A stretch of 18,049 bases of DNA, from NCBI GenBank assembly GCA_041611735.1, contig JBFIML010000058.1, positions 1 to 18,049 of the forward strand, written 5' to 3'. A program made the translations under genes and the position numbers. The notes below the pieces were generated by a model that saw only the letters and a list, made by a program, of their open reading frames with translations, did no database searches and was not told the origin of the DNA. Within the stretch, counting starts at the first letter, position 1, and each line of letters opens with the position of its first letter. Shown here piece by piece: positions 7,176 through 16,368 of this stretch. The DNA is from Myxococcota bacterium (lineage in GTDB: Bacteria; Myxococcota_A; UBA9160; PR03).

Positions 7176-7822
7176 CCATGCGCGCCGAGCAGGTCCACGA
7201 AGCGGCACCGACCGAGTACCTCCTGGACCAGTCCTCCATCGGCTCGGCGGCGCACGCGCACGAGCTGCTGGGCGTCGCGCCCGCCCACGGGCGCCACCAG
7301 GCGGCCCCCGGGCGCGAGCTGCTCCAGGAGCGGCGGGGGCAGCTTCGGCGAGCCCGCCGTCAGCAGGATTGCGTCGAAGGGCGCGTCGACGGGCCGGCCC
7401 ATGGAGCCGTCGCCCAGGTGCACGATCACGTTGGTGAGGCCGAGGGCGTCCAGGGTCCGGCGTGCCGCCGAGGCAAGGCGCGGCACCCGCTCGATGGAGA
7501 CCACCCGCTCGGCCAGGCGCGCCAGGACCGCCGCCTGGTAGCCCGAGCCGGCCCCCACCTCGAGGACGTGCTCCCTGCCCCCCAGCTCCAGGGCCGCGGT
7601 CATGGCGGCCACGGTGCCGGGCGCGGAGATGGTCTGGCCGCCGCCGATGGGGACCGCACAGTCGCGGTAGGCCTGACCGCGCAACGCCTCGGGGACCATG
7701 CGATGGCGGGGAACGGCCTGGAGCGCGTCGAGCACCCGCGCGTCGCGGATGCCCGCCCGGGCGAGCCTCTCCACCATGCGCCGACGCGCCAGCGCGTACT
7801 CCCCGGCCGTGCACCGGGTCAT
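7163..7822 (-). CDS. pcm: Protein-L-isoaspartate O-methyltransferase
   Basis: VPRH, GQTISAP, SAM motif VLEVGAGSGYQAAVLA, GDG, PFDAI, LAPGGRLVAPVG. Confidence 0.95.
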   Translation of the reverse strand: MTRCTAGEYALARRRMVERLARAGIRDARVLDALQAVPRHRMVPEALRGQAYRDCAVPIGGGQTISAPGTVAAMTAALELGGREHVLEVGAGSGYQAAVLARLAERVVSIERVPRLASAARRTLDALGLTNVIVHLGDGSMGRPVDAPFDAILLTAGSPKLPPPLLEQLAPGGRLVAPVGGRDAQQLVRVRRRADGGLVQEVLGRCRFVDLLGAHGWAV

Positions 7823-7889
7823 CCTCTCACCCCCCGGGGCGGAGCGTAGGGGGCGTCGGCCCTCCCGGCAACGGGAGGCTCGCTGGTGC

Positions 7890-9083
7890 CTAGGGCCGCT
7901 CCGCCGCGGCGCGACGCGCCTCGAACTCCCGTCGCACCGCCTCCCGGCGCTCGGGGTCCGCGGCCAGGTCGACGACGGTCAGGGCCAGGGCCCGGGCCGC
8001 CTCGAGGAGCCCCTCCTCGCCCGCGGGGCTCGCCGCCGCCCGGGCGAACTCCCGGGTGTGCAGCTCGAGGCCCGTTCCGATCGGGAAGTTCGGATGGATG
8101 GTGGGGACGACCCGGGAGACGTGGGTGATGTCGCTCGAGCCGATCGCCTCGTCCGGGGCGTGGCCCGTCTCCGGGAGCCCGAGGCGCTCGAGCTGATGCC
8201 GGTACGCCTCCGCCAACGCCAGGTTGGGCAGGAGCGGCGGCGAGGTGCCCTCCTCCTCGCGCACCTCGAGCCGCGTCCCCGTGGCCTCGGCGGCCCCTCG
8301 CGCGCAGGCGAGCACCCGCTCGCCGGCCCGGGCCAGCGTGTCGTCGTCCGGGGCTCGCACCCAGACCCGCGCCGCCGCGCGCTCCGGAATCACGTTGGGC
8401 GCGCGTCCGCCTTCGGTCACGATCCCGTGCACACGGACCGTGGTCGGGAGCTGCTGGCGCAGCAGGCCGATGCCGACGAAGAGCTGGATCACCCCGTCGA
8501 GGGCGTTCACGCCCCGTTCCGGGTGGGCGGCCGCGTGGGAGGCGCGGCCGTGATAGAGGAGCTCGAGCTTGCGATTGCCCAGGAAGAGCCGATGGGCGCG
8601 TCGCATGCCGGCGGCGTGGGCCATCATGGCCACGTCCGCATCGGCGAAGACACCCGCCGCCACGAGCCGACGCTTGCCCACGCCGATCTCCTCCGCCGGG
8701 CAGCCGATCACCAGCAGGCGCAGCTCGGGCGCCGCGAACGCCTGGGCCAGGGCCGCCGCCGCCAGCAGGCTCGCCGGCCCCGAGAGGTTGTGGCCGCAGG
8801 CGTGGCCGATCTCCGGGAGGGCGTCCATCTCGGCCAGGAGCGCCGCGGCGAAGGGCGCCCCGGCCTCGCCCCGCGCCGCCCGAAAGGCGCTGGGGAGTCC
8901 GGCCACGGGCTGCTCGACGACGAAGCCGCGGGTGCGAAGAAATTCGCAGTAGCGGCGACTTGTCTCGTGTTCTTCCAGTGAGAGCTCAGGGTTTGCCGAC
9001 GCCCAGCGCGCGATCGCAAGGACGGCCTCGCTTTGCTTCTCCAGGGCCTCGAGGACCCGCTCGCGCCGTCGCCCCGCGTCCAT
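7890..9083 (-). CDS. M20-family amidohydrolase (M20D / ACY1L2-AbgB-like)
   Basis: NPELSLEE, EMDALP, GHACGHN, GCPAEE, HGRASHAA, NALD, NVIP, GSSD. The start is placed at ATG 9083 because the longer ORF overlaps the upstream gene. Confidence 0.9.
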   Translation of the reverse strand: MDAGRRRERVLEALEKQSEAVLAIARWASANPELSLEEHETSRRYCEFLRTRGFVVEQPVAGLPSAFRAARGEAGAPFAAALLAEMDALPEIGHACGHNLSGPASLLAAAALAQAFAAPELRLLVIGCPAEEIGVGKRRLVAAGVFADADVAMMAHAAGMRRAHRLFLGNRKLELLYHGRASHAAAHPERGVNALDGVIQLFVGIGLLRQQLPTTVRVHGIVTEGGRAPNVIPERAAARVWVRAPDDDTLARAGERVLACARGAAEATGTRLEVREEEGTSPPLLPNLALAEAYRHQLERLGLPETGHAPDEAIGSSDITHVSRVVPTIHPNFPIGTGLELHTREFARAAASPAGEEGLLEAARALALTVVDLAADPERREAVRREFEARRAAAERP

Positions 9084-9132
9084 GCCTCCCGGATCGACCG
9101 CCCGCTGCGGCGACTTGGGGCGCCTTCCGGGG

Positions 9133-10653
9133 TCAGCCCGTGGCGGGCCGCAGCAGCACGGTGAAGATGGTGCCGCGCCGGCGCGTGCTCTCCACCTTGA
9201 TGGCTCCCCGCTGGGCCTGGAGGAGTCCCAGCACGGGCGCGAGCCCGAGGCCGCCACGCGGGGCGCGCGGGCCGAAGAAGGGCTCGAAGACGCGCTCGCG
9301 TTGGCGGGGGCCGAGGCCGAGGCTGCCGTCCTGCAGCTGGAGCGTCACGTACGGCCCCGCGCGCAGGCCGGCGCGCGGCTGCACATCGGCCAGGAAGGTG
9401 GCGTCCGCCTCCAGCAGGCCGGTGCGGATGCGGATGGTGTCCCGGGCGTCGTCGCCCGCCTCCGTCACCCGGCGCACCAGGCGTTGGATGACCTGGCGGA
9501 GCAGCCCGGGGTCCGCCAGGGCCGCCGGCAGATGTGCGGCCAGGTCGTAGCTGACCCGCGTGCGCTCGCCGAGCTCGCTCTCCAGCACGGGGGAGAGCTC
9601 GAGCAGGAGCGACGAGATGTCCACGGGGCGCGTGCGGGCCGTGGCCTCGCCGGCGCAGGCGCGCAGCTCGCCGGTCAGCTCCGCCAGGCGCAGCCCGGCG
9701 CGGCGGATGCGGCGCAGCTCCCCGGGCTCAGCCCCACGGCGCAGATCCATCCACAAGAGGTCCGAGGCTTCGAGCAGCGACGTGGCCAGGCCGTCCAGCT
9801 CCCCGGCGAGGCCGTGCGCCAGCTTCTCCGCCTCGCGGTTGGGCCCAAGCTTGCCGCTCGGGGGCACGGACGGGGCCGGCGCGTCCCGTCCGCTCAAGTC
9901 CACCAGCAGCGCCTGCACCGCCGGCTTCCCCTCGAGGAGCAGGGGGGCCGTGTGCACCAGGACCCGTGCCGGCGTGCCGTCCTTGCGAAGCATCTGGGCC
10001 TCGACGACCGCGGGCGTGATGCCCTCCTCCAGCACGGACCGGATGCGCTCTTCGGCCAGCGGGCGGGAATCGGGATGGACGAAATCGAACACCGGGCGGC
10101 CTACCAGCTCGCTCGCGTCCTCGCCGCCCCACAGGCGGACGGCAGCCGGGTTCACGTACACCACCTGGCCGCCGCGGTGAACGGCCACGGGATTCGGGCA
10201 CTGCTCCACCAGGGTCCGGTAGCGGGCCTCGCTCTCGGCCAGTGCCGTCTGCGCCTGCCTGCGCTCGGTGATGTCCGTGGCGATGGCCACGAACTCGAGG
10301 CGAGCCCCATCCTCGGAGGGGGCCGGCAGCACCTCGAGATCCACCCAGCGCCGCTCGCCCGAGCGGCTGGAGAGGCCGAGCTCCAGGCGCGCCGGCTCGC
10401 CGCGCTCCAGGCGCGCGCGCACGAAACGGACCGCGGCCCCGTCGATCTCGGAGTCGGCCAGGAGCGCGAGCATGGGCTTGCCGATCGCCTGCCCCGCCGG
10501 CTGCCCGGTCATCCGGCTCCAGGCCGCGTTCACCCACTCCACTGCGCCGTTCGCATCGCCCACCACGATGGCGCTGTCGGTGCGCGCGGCCAGCAGGGCC
10601 AGCTTGCGCGCCAGGCTGGCAGACGCCGGAAGCGGACGGCGGGACTCGGTCAT
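9133..10653 (-). CDS. PAS-PAS-histidine-kinase-like protein with degenerate catalytic motifs (probable pseudokinase), no receiver
   Basis: Two PAS/PAC units (WVNAAWSRMTG...DITERR; YVNPAAVRLWG...FVHPD). The kinase fold is recognisable (VFEPFF, GLGLA, GAIKVES, GTIFTVLL), but the H-box reads LAHGLAGELDGL and the N-box QRLVRRV. Start placed at ATG 10653. Confidence 0.85.
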   Translation of the reverse strand: MTESRRPLPASASLARKLALLAARTDSAIVVGDANGAVEWVNAAWSRMTGQPAGQAIGKPMLALLADSEIDGAAVRFVRARLERGEPARLELGLSSRSGERRWVDLEVLPAPSEDGARLEFVAIATDITERRQAQTALAESEARYRTLVEQCPNPVAVHRGGQVVYVNPAAVRLWGGEDASELVGRPVFDFVHPDSRPLAEERIRSVLEEGITPAVVEAQMLRKDGTPARVLVHTAPLLLEGKPAVQALLVDLSGRDAPAPSVPPSGKLGPNREAEKLAHGLAGELDGLATSLLEASDLLWMDLRRGAEPGELRRIRRAGLRLAELTGELRACAGEATARTRPVDISSLLLELSPVLESELGERTRVSYDLAAHLPAALADPGLLRQVIQRLVRRVTEAGDDARDTIRIRTGLLEADATFLADVQPRAGLRAGPYVTLQLQDGSLGLGPRQRERVFEPFFGPRAPRGGLGLAPVLGLLQAQRGAIKVESTRRRGTIFTVLLRPATG

Positions 10654-11006
10654 GGGGGGTGACCTTCCGTGCGGCAACGGCCCGTGGGCTGCTGCCGCGT
10701 GCAGACGTTGCGGGACGAGAGGCACGACATCAGGGACGTACGCGGCCGCGACAGCGATCCGTTCTTGCCCAGTCGTTCTTGGCCAGCCAGCGTCCGGAGC
10801 GGAAAAAGGACAACCTCTCGACAGCGCCCACTCTATCACGAACACCGGAGCCGGAACAGGTGGATCGTCAGGATCCTCAATGATCGAGCTGCTCCCCCCG
10901 GGAGCACGCTACGCTCGGGCGCCATGCCATTCGGGTATGCGGATACCGAGAAGCCGAATGCGACGTCGGGTCTCGTGCTGGTGGCGCCCGATGCGGCGGT
11001 GGACGG

Positions 11007-12809
11007 GTGACGGGGCTATCGGGGCGCGCGCGCGCCATCCCGGCGGCGGCGGGGCTCGCGATCGGGGGCGCGGCCGCGTGGATGCTCGCCGTGAGCTGGG
11101 GCCGCTGGCCGGACGGGCAGGTGGACTTCGGGCGCGAGCTGTATCTCCCCTGGCGCCTCAGCCAGGGCGACGTCCTGTACCGGGACGTGGTGAGCTCGTT
11201 CGGGCCCTTGTCGCCCTATCTGAATGCGTCGTGGTTCGAGCTCTTCGGCGTCGGCCTCTTCACCCTGGTCTGGTGCAACCTCGCGCTGCTGTTCGTCCTG
11301 CTGCTCGTGCTTCGGGCCCTGCTTCGAGCCGTCGGATCGCCCCTCTCCGCGACGGCTGCGCTCCTCGTCTTCGTCCTCCTGTTCGCCTTCTCGCAATACC
11401 TCGAGACCGGCAACTACAACTACGTGACCCCCTACTCCCACGAGCTCGTGCACGGGACCCTGCTGGCCCTGCTCGCCCTCGGGTCCCTGGGACGCTTCTT
11501 CGTACGACCCCGATGGACCTGGCTGGGGGCCTCGGGCCTCTTCCTGGGGCTCGCGTTCCTGACGAAGATCGAGCCCTGGCTGGCCGCGACGCTGGCCGTG
11601 GGCCTCGGGGTGCTGCTCTCCGGGTGGAGTCGCCGCCTCCCTCCGGGCAAGGCGCTGCGCGAAGCCGCCGTCGTGCTCCTCTGCGCCGCGCTCCCCGTTG
11701 CGGTGGCCACCGGCCTGCTGGCCCTGGCCATGCCCTGGCGCCAGGCCGTGGACGGGGTGCTGACCAACAGCCGCCTGACGCTCGACCCGGCCCTGAGCGG
11801 AGCTGCCTTCTTCCGGGTCGGCATGGGCATCGACGACCCGCGGGCGAGCCTCGCGGCCCTCGGCCTCGCCCTGGGGCGAATCGCGCTGGGCCTGCTGCCC
11901 GTGGCCGCGCTCGCCTACCTATGGAGGACTCCCCGGTGGCGGGGACTGGCCTGTGCGTCGACGGCCCTGGGGGTCCTGGCCGTGGCAGTGCCCATCGATT
12001 CCGATGCGTGGCTCGCGCTGGCACGTCCCCTGCCCGTCTTGATGCTCGGCTTCGGCGTGGTCTCGTTGCGCAACCTGGTGCGGGTGCGCAGCCGCGGAGG
12101 GTTCGATGCTCGCGAGGCCCTGCGCTTCAGCCTGTTCGTATTTGCTCTTGCCTTGCTCGGCAAGATTCTCCTGAACACGCGCTTCTACCACTACGGGTTC
12201 GTGCTGGCGATGCCCGCCGCCCTGCTCACCGTGGTCGCGTTGATCGAGTGGATCCCGGCCTACCTCACCCGCAGCGGAGGATGCGGGCGCATCTTCCAGG
12301 TCGCAGCCGCCGCGTGGCTGGCTTGCCTGGTGGGAACCACCCAGCTCGTGACGCTGGATGTCTACTCCCAAAAGACCCATCGAGTCGGATCGGGACGCGA
12401 TCGCTTCCTGGCCGACGAGCACGGCCGGCGGCTGCAGGAGATGCTGGAGGCCGTCCAGCGCCAGGTGGGCGAGGACCAGACGCTGGTGGTGCTTCCCGAA
12501 GGCATCATGCTGAACTACCTCGCCCGCCGGCGCAGCCCGCTCCGGCTCCACACCTTCCTGCCCTGGGAGTTCACGGTCTTCGGGGAGCAGACGATCCTGT
12601 TCGAGCTGATGGTCACCCGGCCGGATTTCGTGGTGGTGACACACCGGGACGCAACCGAGTACGGCCCTCGCTACTTCGGGCGGCACTACGGGCTTTCCGT
12701 GGCGCGCTGGATCACTCGCCACTACCGGCCCATCGACCAGGTTGGCGCTTCGCCCCTGGCGCAGCCCGCTCGCCCCGGTCTCCTGCTGCTGGCGCGAAGC
12801 GACGGCTAG
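11007..12809 (+). CDS. Polytopic membrane protein, probable GT-C (ArnT/PMT-like) glycosyltransferase
   Basis: An acidic motif follows TM1 (DGQVDFGRELY...LYRD...GPL). The protein has more than 10 hydrophobic segments, a G-x3-GLAFLTK motif and a soluble C-terminal domain (NYLARR...PDFVV). Confidence 0.65.
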   Translation: MTGLSGRARAIPAAAGLAIGGAAAWMLAVSWGRWPDGQVDFGRELYLPWRLSQGDVLYRDVVSSFGPLSPYLNASWFELFGVGLFTLVWCNLALLFVLLLVLRALLRAVGSPLSATAALLVFVLLFAFSQYLETGNYNYVTPYSHELVHGTLLALLALGSLGRFFVRPRWTWLGASGLFLGLAFLTKIEPWLAATLAVGLGVLLSGWSRRLPPGKALREAAVVLLCAALPVAVATGLLALAMPWRQAVDGVLTNSRLTLDPALSGAAFFRVGMGIDDPRASLAALGLALGRIALGLLPVAALAYLWRTPRWRGLACASTALGVLAVAVPIDSDAWLALARPLPVLMLGFGVVSLRNLVRVRSRGGFDAREALRFSLFVFALALLGKILLNTRFYHYGFVLAMPAALLTVVALIEWIPAYLTRSGGCGRIFQVAAAAWLACLVGTTQLVTLDVYSQKTHRVGSGRDRFLADEHGRRLQEMLEAVQRQVGEDQTLVVLPEGIMLNYLARRRSPLRLHTFLPWEFTVFGEQTILFELMVTRPDFVVVTHRDATEYGPRYFGRHYGLSVARWITRHYRPIDQVGASPLAQPARPGLLLLARSDG

Positions 12810-12829
12810 CCCAGGCGGGCGCGGACGGC

Positions 12830-14419
12830 CTAGGAGGCCTCGGGCCGCTTGCGCAGATCCACCACGTTCTTGAGCTCCGGGAACGTCTCGCCGAGCTTCT
12901 CGAGCATCCCGCTCGAAGAGCCGAAGGCCAGCAGCTCGCGCAGCAGCGGGAGCGCCGCCCCGGTTCCCAGCAGCGCCGAGTAGACCCGCGCCACCGGGTC
13001 GCCGGGGGCCGTGCCGTCGCCGCGGCCGTCGCCGGTCAGCCCCTTCACGTCGAGCACGCGGATCGAGTCGATGTGACGGGCCGGCTCCATGGCTTCCCGG
13101 GCGATCTCCGGCAGCCGTTCGATCAGCCGCAGGGCCACGTCCCGGTACACGAACTTCAGGTCCATGGCGTTCTCGGCCTTGCGCAGGAGCTGGGTCACCT
13201 GAGCCTCCGACTCGCCGTCCTTCAGCTTCGACTGGGCCAGGCGCTCGGTGGCGCGTGCCTTGCGCTCGGCCACCTCGAGCTCGTGCAGCGCCTGGATCAG
13301 GGCCACTTCCTTGGCGCGCTCCGCCTCGGCCTTCTGGGAGACCGTGGCCACGGCCTGCTCCGCCTCCTCGCGCTCCGCCTCCGCCTTGAGCCGCGCCTGC
13401 TCCTCGGCGATGCGCTTGCGCTCCGCCTGGAGCACCGCCACGGCCTTCTGGCGCTGGGCCTCCTCGATGGCACGCTCGCGCGCGATCTCGGCCAGGGAGC
13501 GGTCGCGCTCCTTCTCCTGCAGGTACAGCTCGCGGGCCAGCTCCGCCTCGCGGACCTGCCGCTCCTTGGCGATCTCCGCCTCGCGGGTCTGGAGATCCTG
13601 GGCGAAGCGGAAGCGCTCCCCTTCCGCCTGCTGCTCCACCCGGTGGCTCTCGACCTGGCGGAGCTGCTCGGCCTGGGCGAACTCCTGCTCGCGCTCCAGC
13701 TCGAGCTTGAGGCGCACCGACTCCACGTCCTTGCGCTTGATGGCGACCTCGGTGTCCCGCTCGATCTCGTTGCGCTCCCGCATGCGGGCGCTGGTCTGGG
13801 CGGTGATCTGGCGCAGGCCCTCGGCGTCGAAGATGTTGTTGGGGTCGAGCTGGCTCTTGTCGGTCTGATCGAGCGTGAAGAGCGCCACGTCCTCGATGCC
13901 GAGCCCGTTCTGGGCCACGGGTTCGGTGACCATGTCCTTGACCTTCAGGGCGTAGCCGCGCCGGTTCTCGTGCAGCTCCACCAGCTCCATCTGTGCCGCC
14001 GCGCTGCGCATGGCGGAAACGAGCTTCTCCTCCACCAGGGCCTTGACGCCCTCGGCGGAGAAGCTCTTGTCGCCGAGCGAGCGGCTGGCGGCCTCGATCA
14101 TCGCATCGTCGGGAAGGATCTTGACGTAGAACTCGGCGCCGAGATCCACCCGATAGCGGTCCTTGGTGATGAAGGCGTCCCGGTTGCGGCGCAGGATCTC
14201 CACCTTGAAGGTCTCGAGAGACAGCCACTGGATGTTGTGCACGATGGGCAGGATGAAGGCGCCCGCGTCGGTGACCACGCGACGGCCGCCCAGCCCGGTG
14301 CGGATGTAGGCCATGTTGGCCGGCACCTTCACGTAGAGGCCCCGGAACAGGCCGATCACGGCCAGCGCGAAGACCACGGCGACGCCGAGGCCGATCAGGA
14401 TCCAGATCCAGGCGGGCAT
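12830..14419 (-). CDS. SPFH/flotillin-family membrane protein (YqiK-like)
   Basis: N-terminal TM, SPFH signatures (RTGLGG, FITKDRYRVD...FYVK, DQT...NNIFDAEGL), a long Glu/Ala/Arg coiled coil and a C-terminal IDSIRVLDV. RBS GGAGGA. Confidence 0.9.
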   Translation of the reverse strand: MPAWIWILIGLGVAVVFALAVIGLFRGLYVKVPANMAYIRTGLGGRRVVTDAGAFILPIVHNIQWLSLETFKVEILRRNRDAFITKDRYRVDLGAEFYVKILPDDAMIEAASRSLGDKSFSAEGVKALVEEKLVSAMRSAAAQMELVELHENRRGYALKVKDMVTEPVAQNGLGIEDVALFTLDQTDKSQLDPNNIFDAEGLRQITAQTSARMRERNEIERDTEVAIKRKDVESVRLKLELEREQEFAQAEQLRQVESHRVEQQAEGERFRFAQDLQTREAEIAKERQVREAELARELYLQEKERDRSLAEIARERAIEEAQRQKAVAVLQAERKRIAEEQARLKAEAEREEAEQAVATVSQKAEAERAKEVALIQALHELEVAERKARATERLAQSKLKDGESEAQVTQLLRKAENAMDLKFVYRDVALRLIERLPEIAREAMEPARHIDSIRVLDVKGLTGDGRGDGTAPGDPVARVYSALLGTGAALPLLRELLAFGSSSGMLEKLGETFPELKNVVDLRKRPEAS

Positions 14420-14470
14420 GTGGGTTCCTCCGGAGCCGCGGGAGCGCCGCGGCGTGGTGCCGACGGGGAG

Positions 14471-16234
14471 CTAGCGCCCCTCCTCCACGCGCAGGTCGCT
14501 CGGCTGCGCGCCGTACACCTCGAGCAGGTAGGCGAGACGCTCGCGGGTTGCGGCCGGGTCGCCGCCCCGGAAGCGGAAGGTCGTGCCCTCGAAGGAGCGC
14601 ACCTGGGGATGGATGTCCCGGAAGGCGGGCGGCGCCTTGGTGAAGTCCTGGGCGCAGAGGTCGCGCCACCAGCGGGTGAGGGTGCGGGGCTCCACGCCCT
14701 CCACCACGATCTGGAAGGGCTTCGAGCCGTCGCCGCCCGCCAGGGCCCCGGCCTCGCCGCTGGCCGGGCGCGGCGGCTCCCGCCGCACCGGGCGCCAGGC
14801 CGGCGACAGGGACGCCGGCTCGCTGGCCGGTCCTTCCGCGATGCGGGCCAGGGCTGCCGCCGCCGAAGAGCGCGTCTGCCGCGGCGCCCGCTGGCCCACC
14901 GGCGACCCGGAGCCCGCCGTGGCATAGGCGCTCTCCGCGTGCAGGGTCAGGTCCAGGCCCGCCTCCTCGTCCTCGTCCTCCACGCGCAGCCCCACCACGG
15001 AGTTCACCAGGCCGAGGATCAGGAAGGTGCCGACCAGGCACAGGCCGATGGTCGCGCCGATCCCCTCCAGCTGGGTCAGCAGCTGCTGGGGATTGCCGGT
15101 GAAGAAGCCGCCATCGGAGAGGGCCGGCGAGGCAAACAGGCCGGTGGCGATGGCGCCCCAGGTGCCGCCCACCCCGTGCACGCCCACCACGTCCAGGGCG
15201 TCGTCGTAGCCGACCCGGTTCTTCCAGTTGCACGCCTTGTAGCACAGCCAGCCCGCTACGAGGCCGATCAGGATGGCCGCCCACGGCTCCACGAAGCCTG
15301 CTGCCGGCGTGATGGCCACGAGCCCTGCCACGGCGCCGGTGGCGGCCCCCACCGCCGTGGGCTTGCCCTTCCCCACCCACTCGCTGAAGAGCCAGCCGAT
15401 CACCGCCGAGCCCGCGGCGGTGTTCGTGTTCACGAAGGCGACCGTGGCGATGCCGTTGGCCGCCAGCGCGCTGCCGGCATTGAAGCCGAACCATCCCACC
15501 CACAGCAGCGCGGCCCCGGCCACCACGAAGGGCACGTTGTGGGGCGGCATGGGTTCGCGGCCGTGGCCCCGGCGCCGGCCGATCATGGCCGCGGCCACCA
15601 GCGCCGAGGTGCCCGACGAGATGTGCACTACCGTGCCGCCGGCGAAGTCCAGGGCCCCGCGGGCGCCGAGCCAGCCCCCGCCCCACACCCAGTGAGCGAG
15701 CGGGGAGTAGACGAAGGTGGACCAGAAGATCACCAGCAGCAGGAACGCCGAGAACTTCATGCGCTCGGCGAAGGAGCCGACGATGAGCGCCGGCGTGATG
15801 ATGGCGAACATGAGCTGGAACACCATGAACGCCTGATCGGGGATGGATTCGGATACCGTGCCGCGCTCCCAGCTCACCCCCTGCAGCGCGAACAGGCTGA
15901 GATCGCCCACCACGCCTCCGTGGTCCGGGCCGAAGGCGATCGAGTAGCCCCACAGCACCCAGGTCACGCTCACCACCGCCGCCGTGGCCAGGCACTGCAT
16001 GAGGACCGAGAGCACGTTCTTGGTGCGGACCAGGCCCCCGTAGAAGAGCCCGAGGCCCGGGATCGTCATCATCAGCACGATGGCCGAGCTGGTGAGGACC
16101 CAGGCGACGTCCCCGCTGTCGATCGCGACGGGCGCGGCAGCAGGCGCCGCCTCCTGGGCGAAGGCGTTGCCCGCCCCCAGCAAGAACGCGGCCCAGGTGG
16201 CGATGGCGAGGCGACGGCGCAGCCGGTGGCCCAC
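14471..16234 (-). CDS. amtB: Ammonium transporter (Amt family) with a C-terminal extension
   Basis: GTG start at 16234 after AAGGAGG and a signal peptide (AFA-QE). Amt motifs PGLGLFYGG, FQLMFA, HWVWGGGWL, DFAGGTVVH, WFGFNAGS, DDALDVVGVHG and EEAGLD...H-E-AY, then 150 further residues. Confidence 0.95.
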   Translation of the reverse strand: MGHRLRRRLAIATWAAFLLGAGNAFAQEAAPAAAPVAIDSGDVAWVLTSSAIVLMMTIPGLGLFYGGLVRTKNVLSVLMQCLATAAVVSVTWVLWGYSIAFGPDHGGVVGDLSLFALQGVSWERGTVSESIPDQAFMVFQLMFAIITPALIVGSFAERMKFSAFLLLVIFWSTFVYSPLAHWVWGGGWLGARGALDFAGGTVVHISSGTSALVAAAMIGRRRGHGREPMPPHNVPFVVAGAALLWVGWFGFNAGSALAANGIATVAFVNTNTAAGSAVIGWLFSEWVGKGKPTAVGAATGAVAGLVAITPAAGFVEPWAAILIGLVAGWLCYKACNWKNRVGYDDALDVVGVHGVGGTWGAIATGLFASPALSDGGFFTGNPQQLLTQLEGIGATIGLCLVGTFLILGLVNSVVGLRVEDEDEEAGLDLTLHAESAYATAGSGSPVGQRAPRQTRSSAAAALARIAEGPASEPASLSPAWRPVRREPPRPASGEAGALAGGDGSKPFQIVVEGVEPRTLTRWWRDLCAQDFTKAPPAFRDIHPQVRSFEGTTFRFRGGDPAATRERLAYLLEVYGAQPSDLRVEEGR

Positions 16235-16293
16235 GAGGGATCCCTCCTTGCCGGGCAGACGGGCGCCCGCAGTGATGACCCCGGGAGGCCAAG

Positions 16294-16310
16294 AGCAAGC
16301 CATGTGCCAA
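16294..16310 (-). promoter_or_regulatory. Sigma54 (-24/-12) promoter of amtB
   Basis: The minus strand reads TTGGCAC-ATGGC-TTGCT, an exact TGGCAC-N5-TTGC, about 60 bp upstream of the amtB start and correctly oriented. Confidence 0.9.
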
Positions 16311-16368
16311 ATCCGACACGCGTGGGACGCGCTCTTGTGCCCGTTGCCGCACACGAACCGCCCGCGTG

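Noticed and set aside
7176-7814. Apparent long N-terminal extension of the LysM/M23 ORF
   Set aside because: It overlaps pcm in another frame and is low-complexity; the lipoprotein signal starts at 7175.
10654-11006. Small ORFs and a short palindrome (GGTAT-gcgg-ATACC) in the divergent intergenic region
   Set aside because: No RBS or motif support for the ORFs; the palindrome is too short to call a binding site.
13380-13700. Repetitive E/A/R pattern in the flotillin gene
   Set aside because: Expected flotillin coiled-coil repeats, not a separate DNA repeat element.
14435-14453. Hairpin between amtB and the flotillin gene as a terminator
   Set aside because: 7-bp GC stem with no U-tract; not convincing as an intrinsic terminator.
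16235-16354. Upstream extension of the amtB ORF
   Set aside because: It runs through the sigma54 promoter; AAGGAGG precedes GTG 16234.
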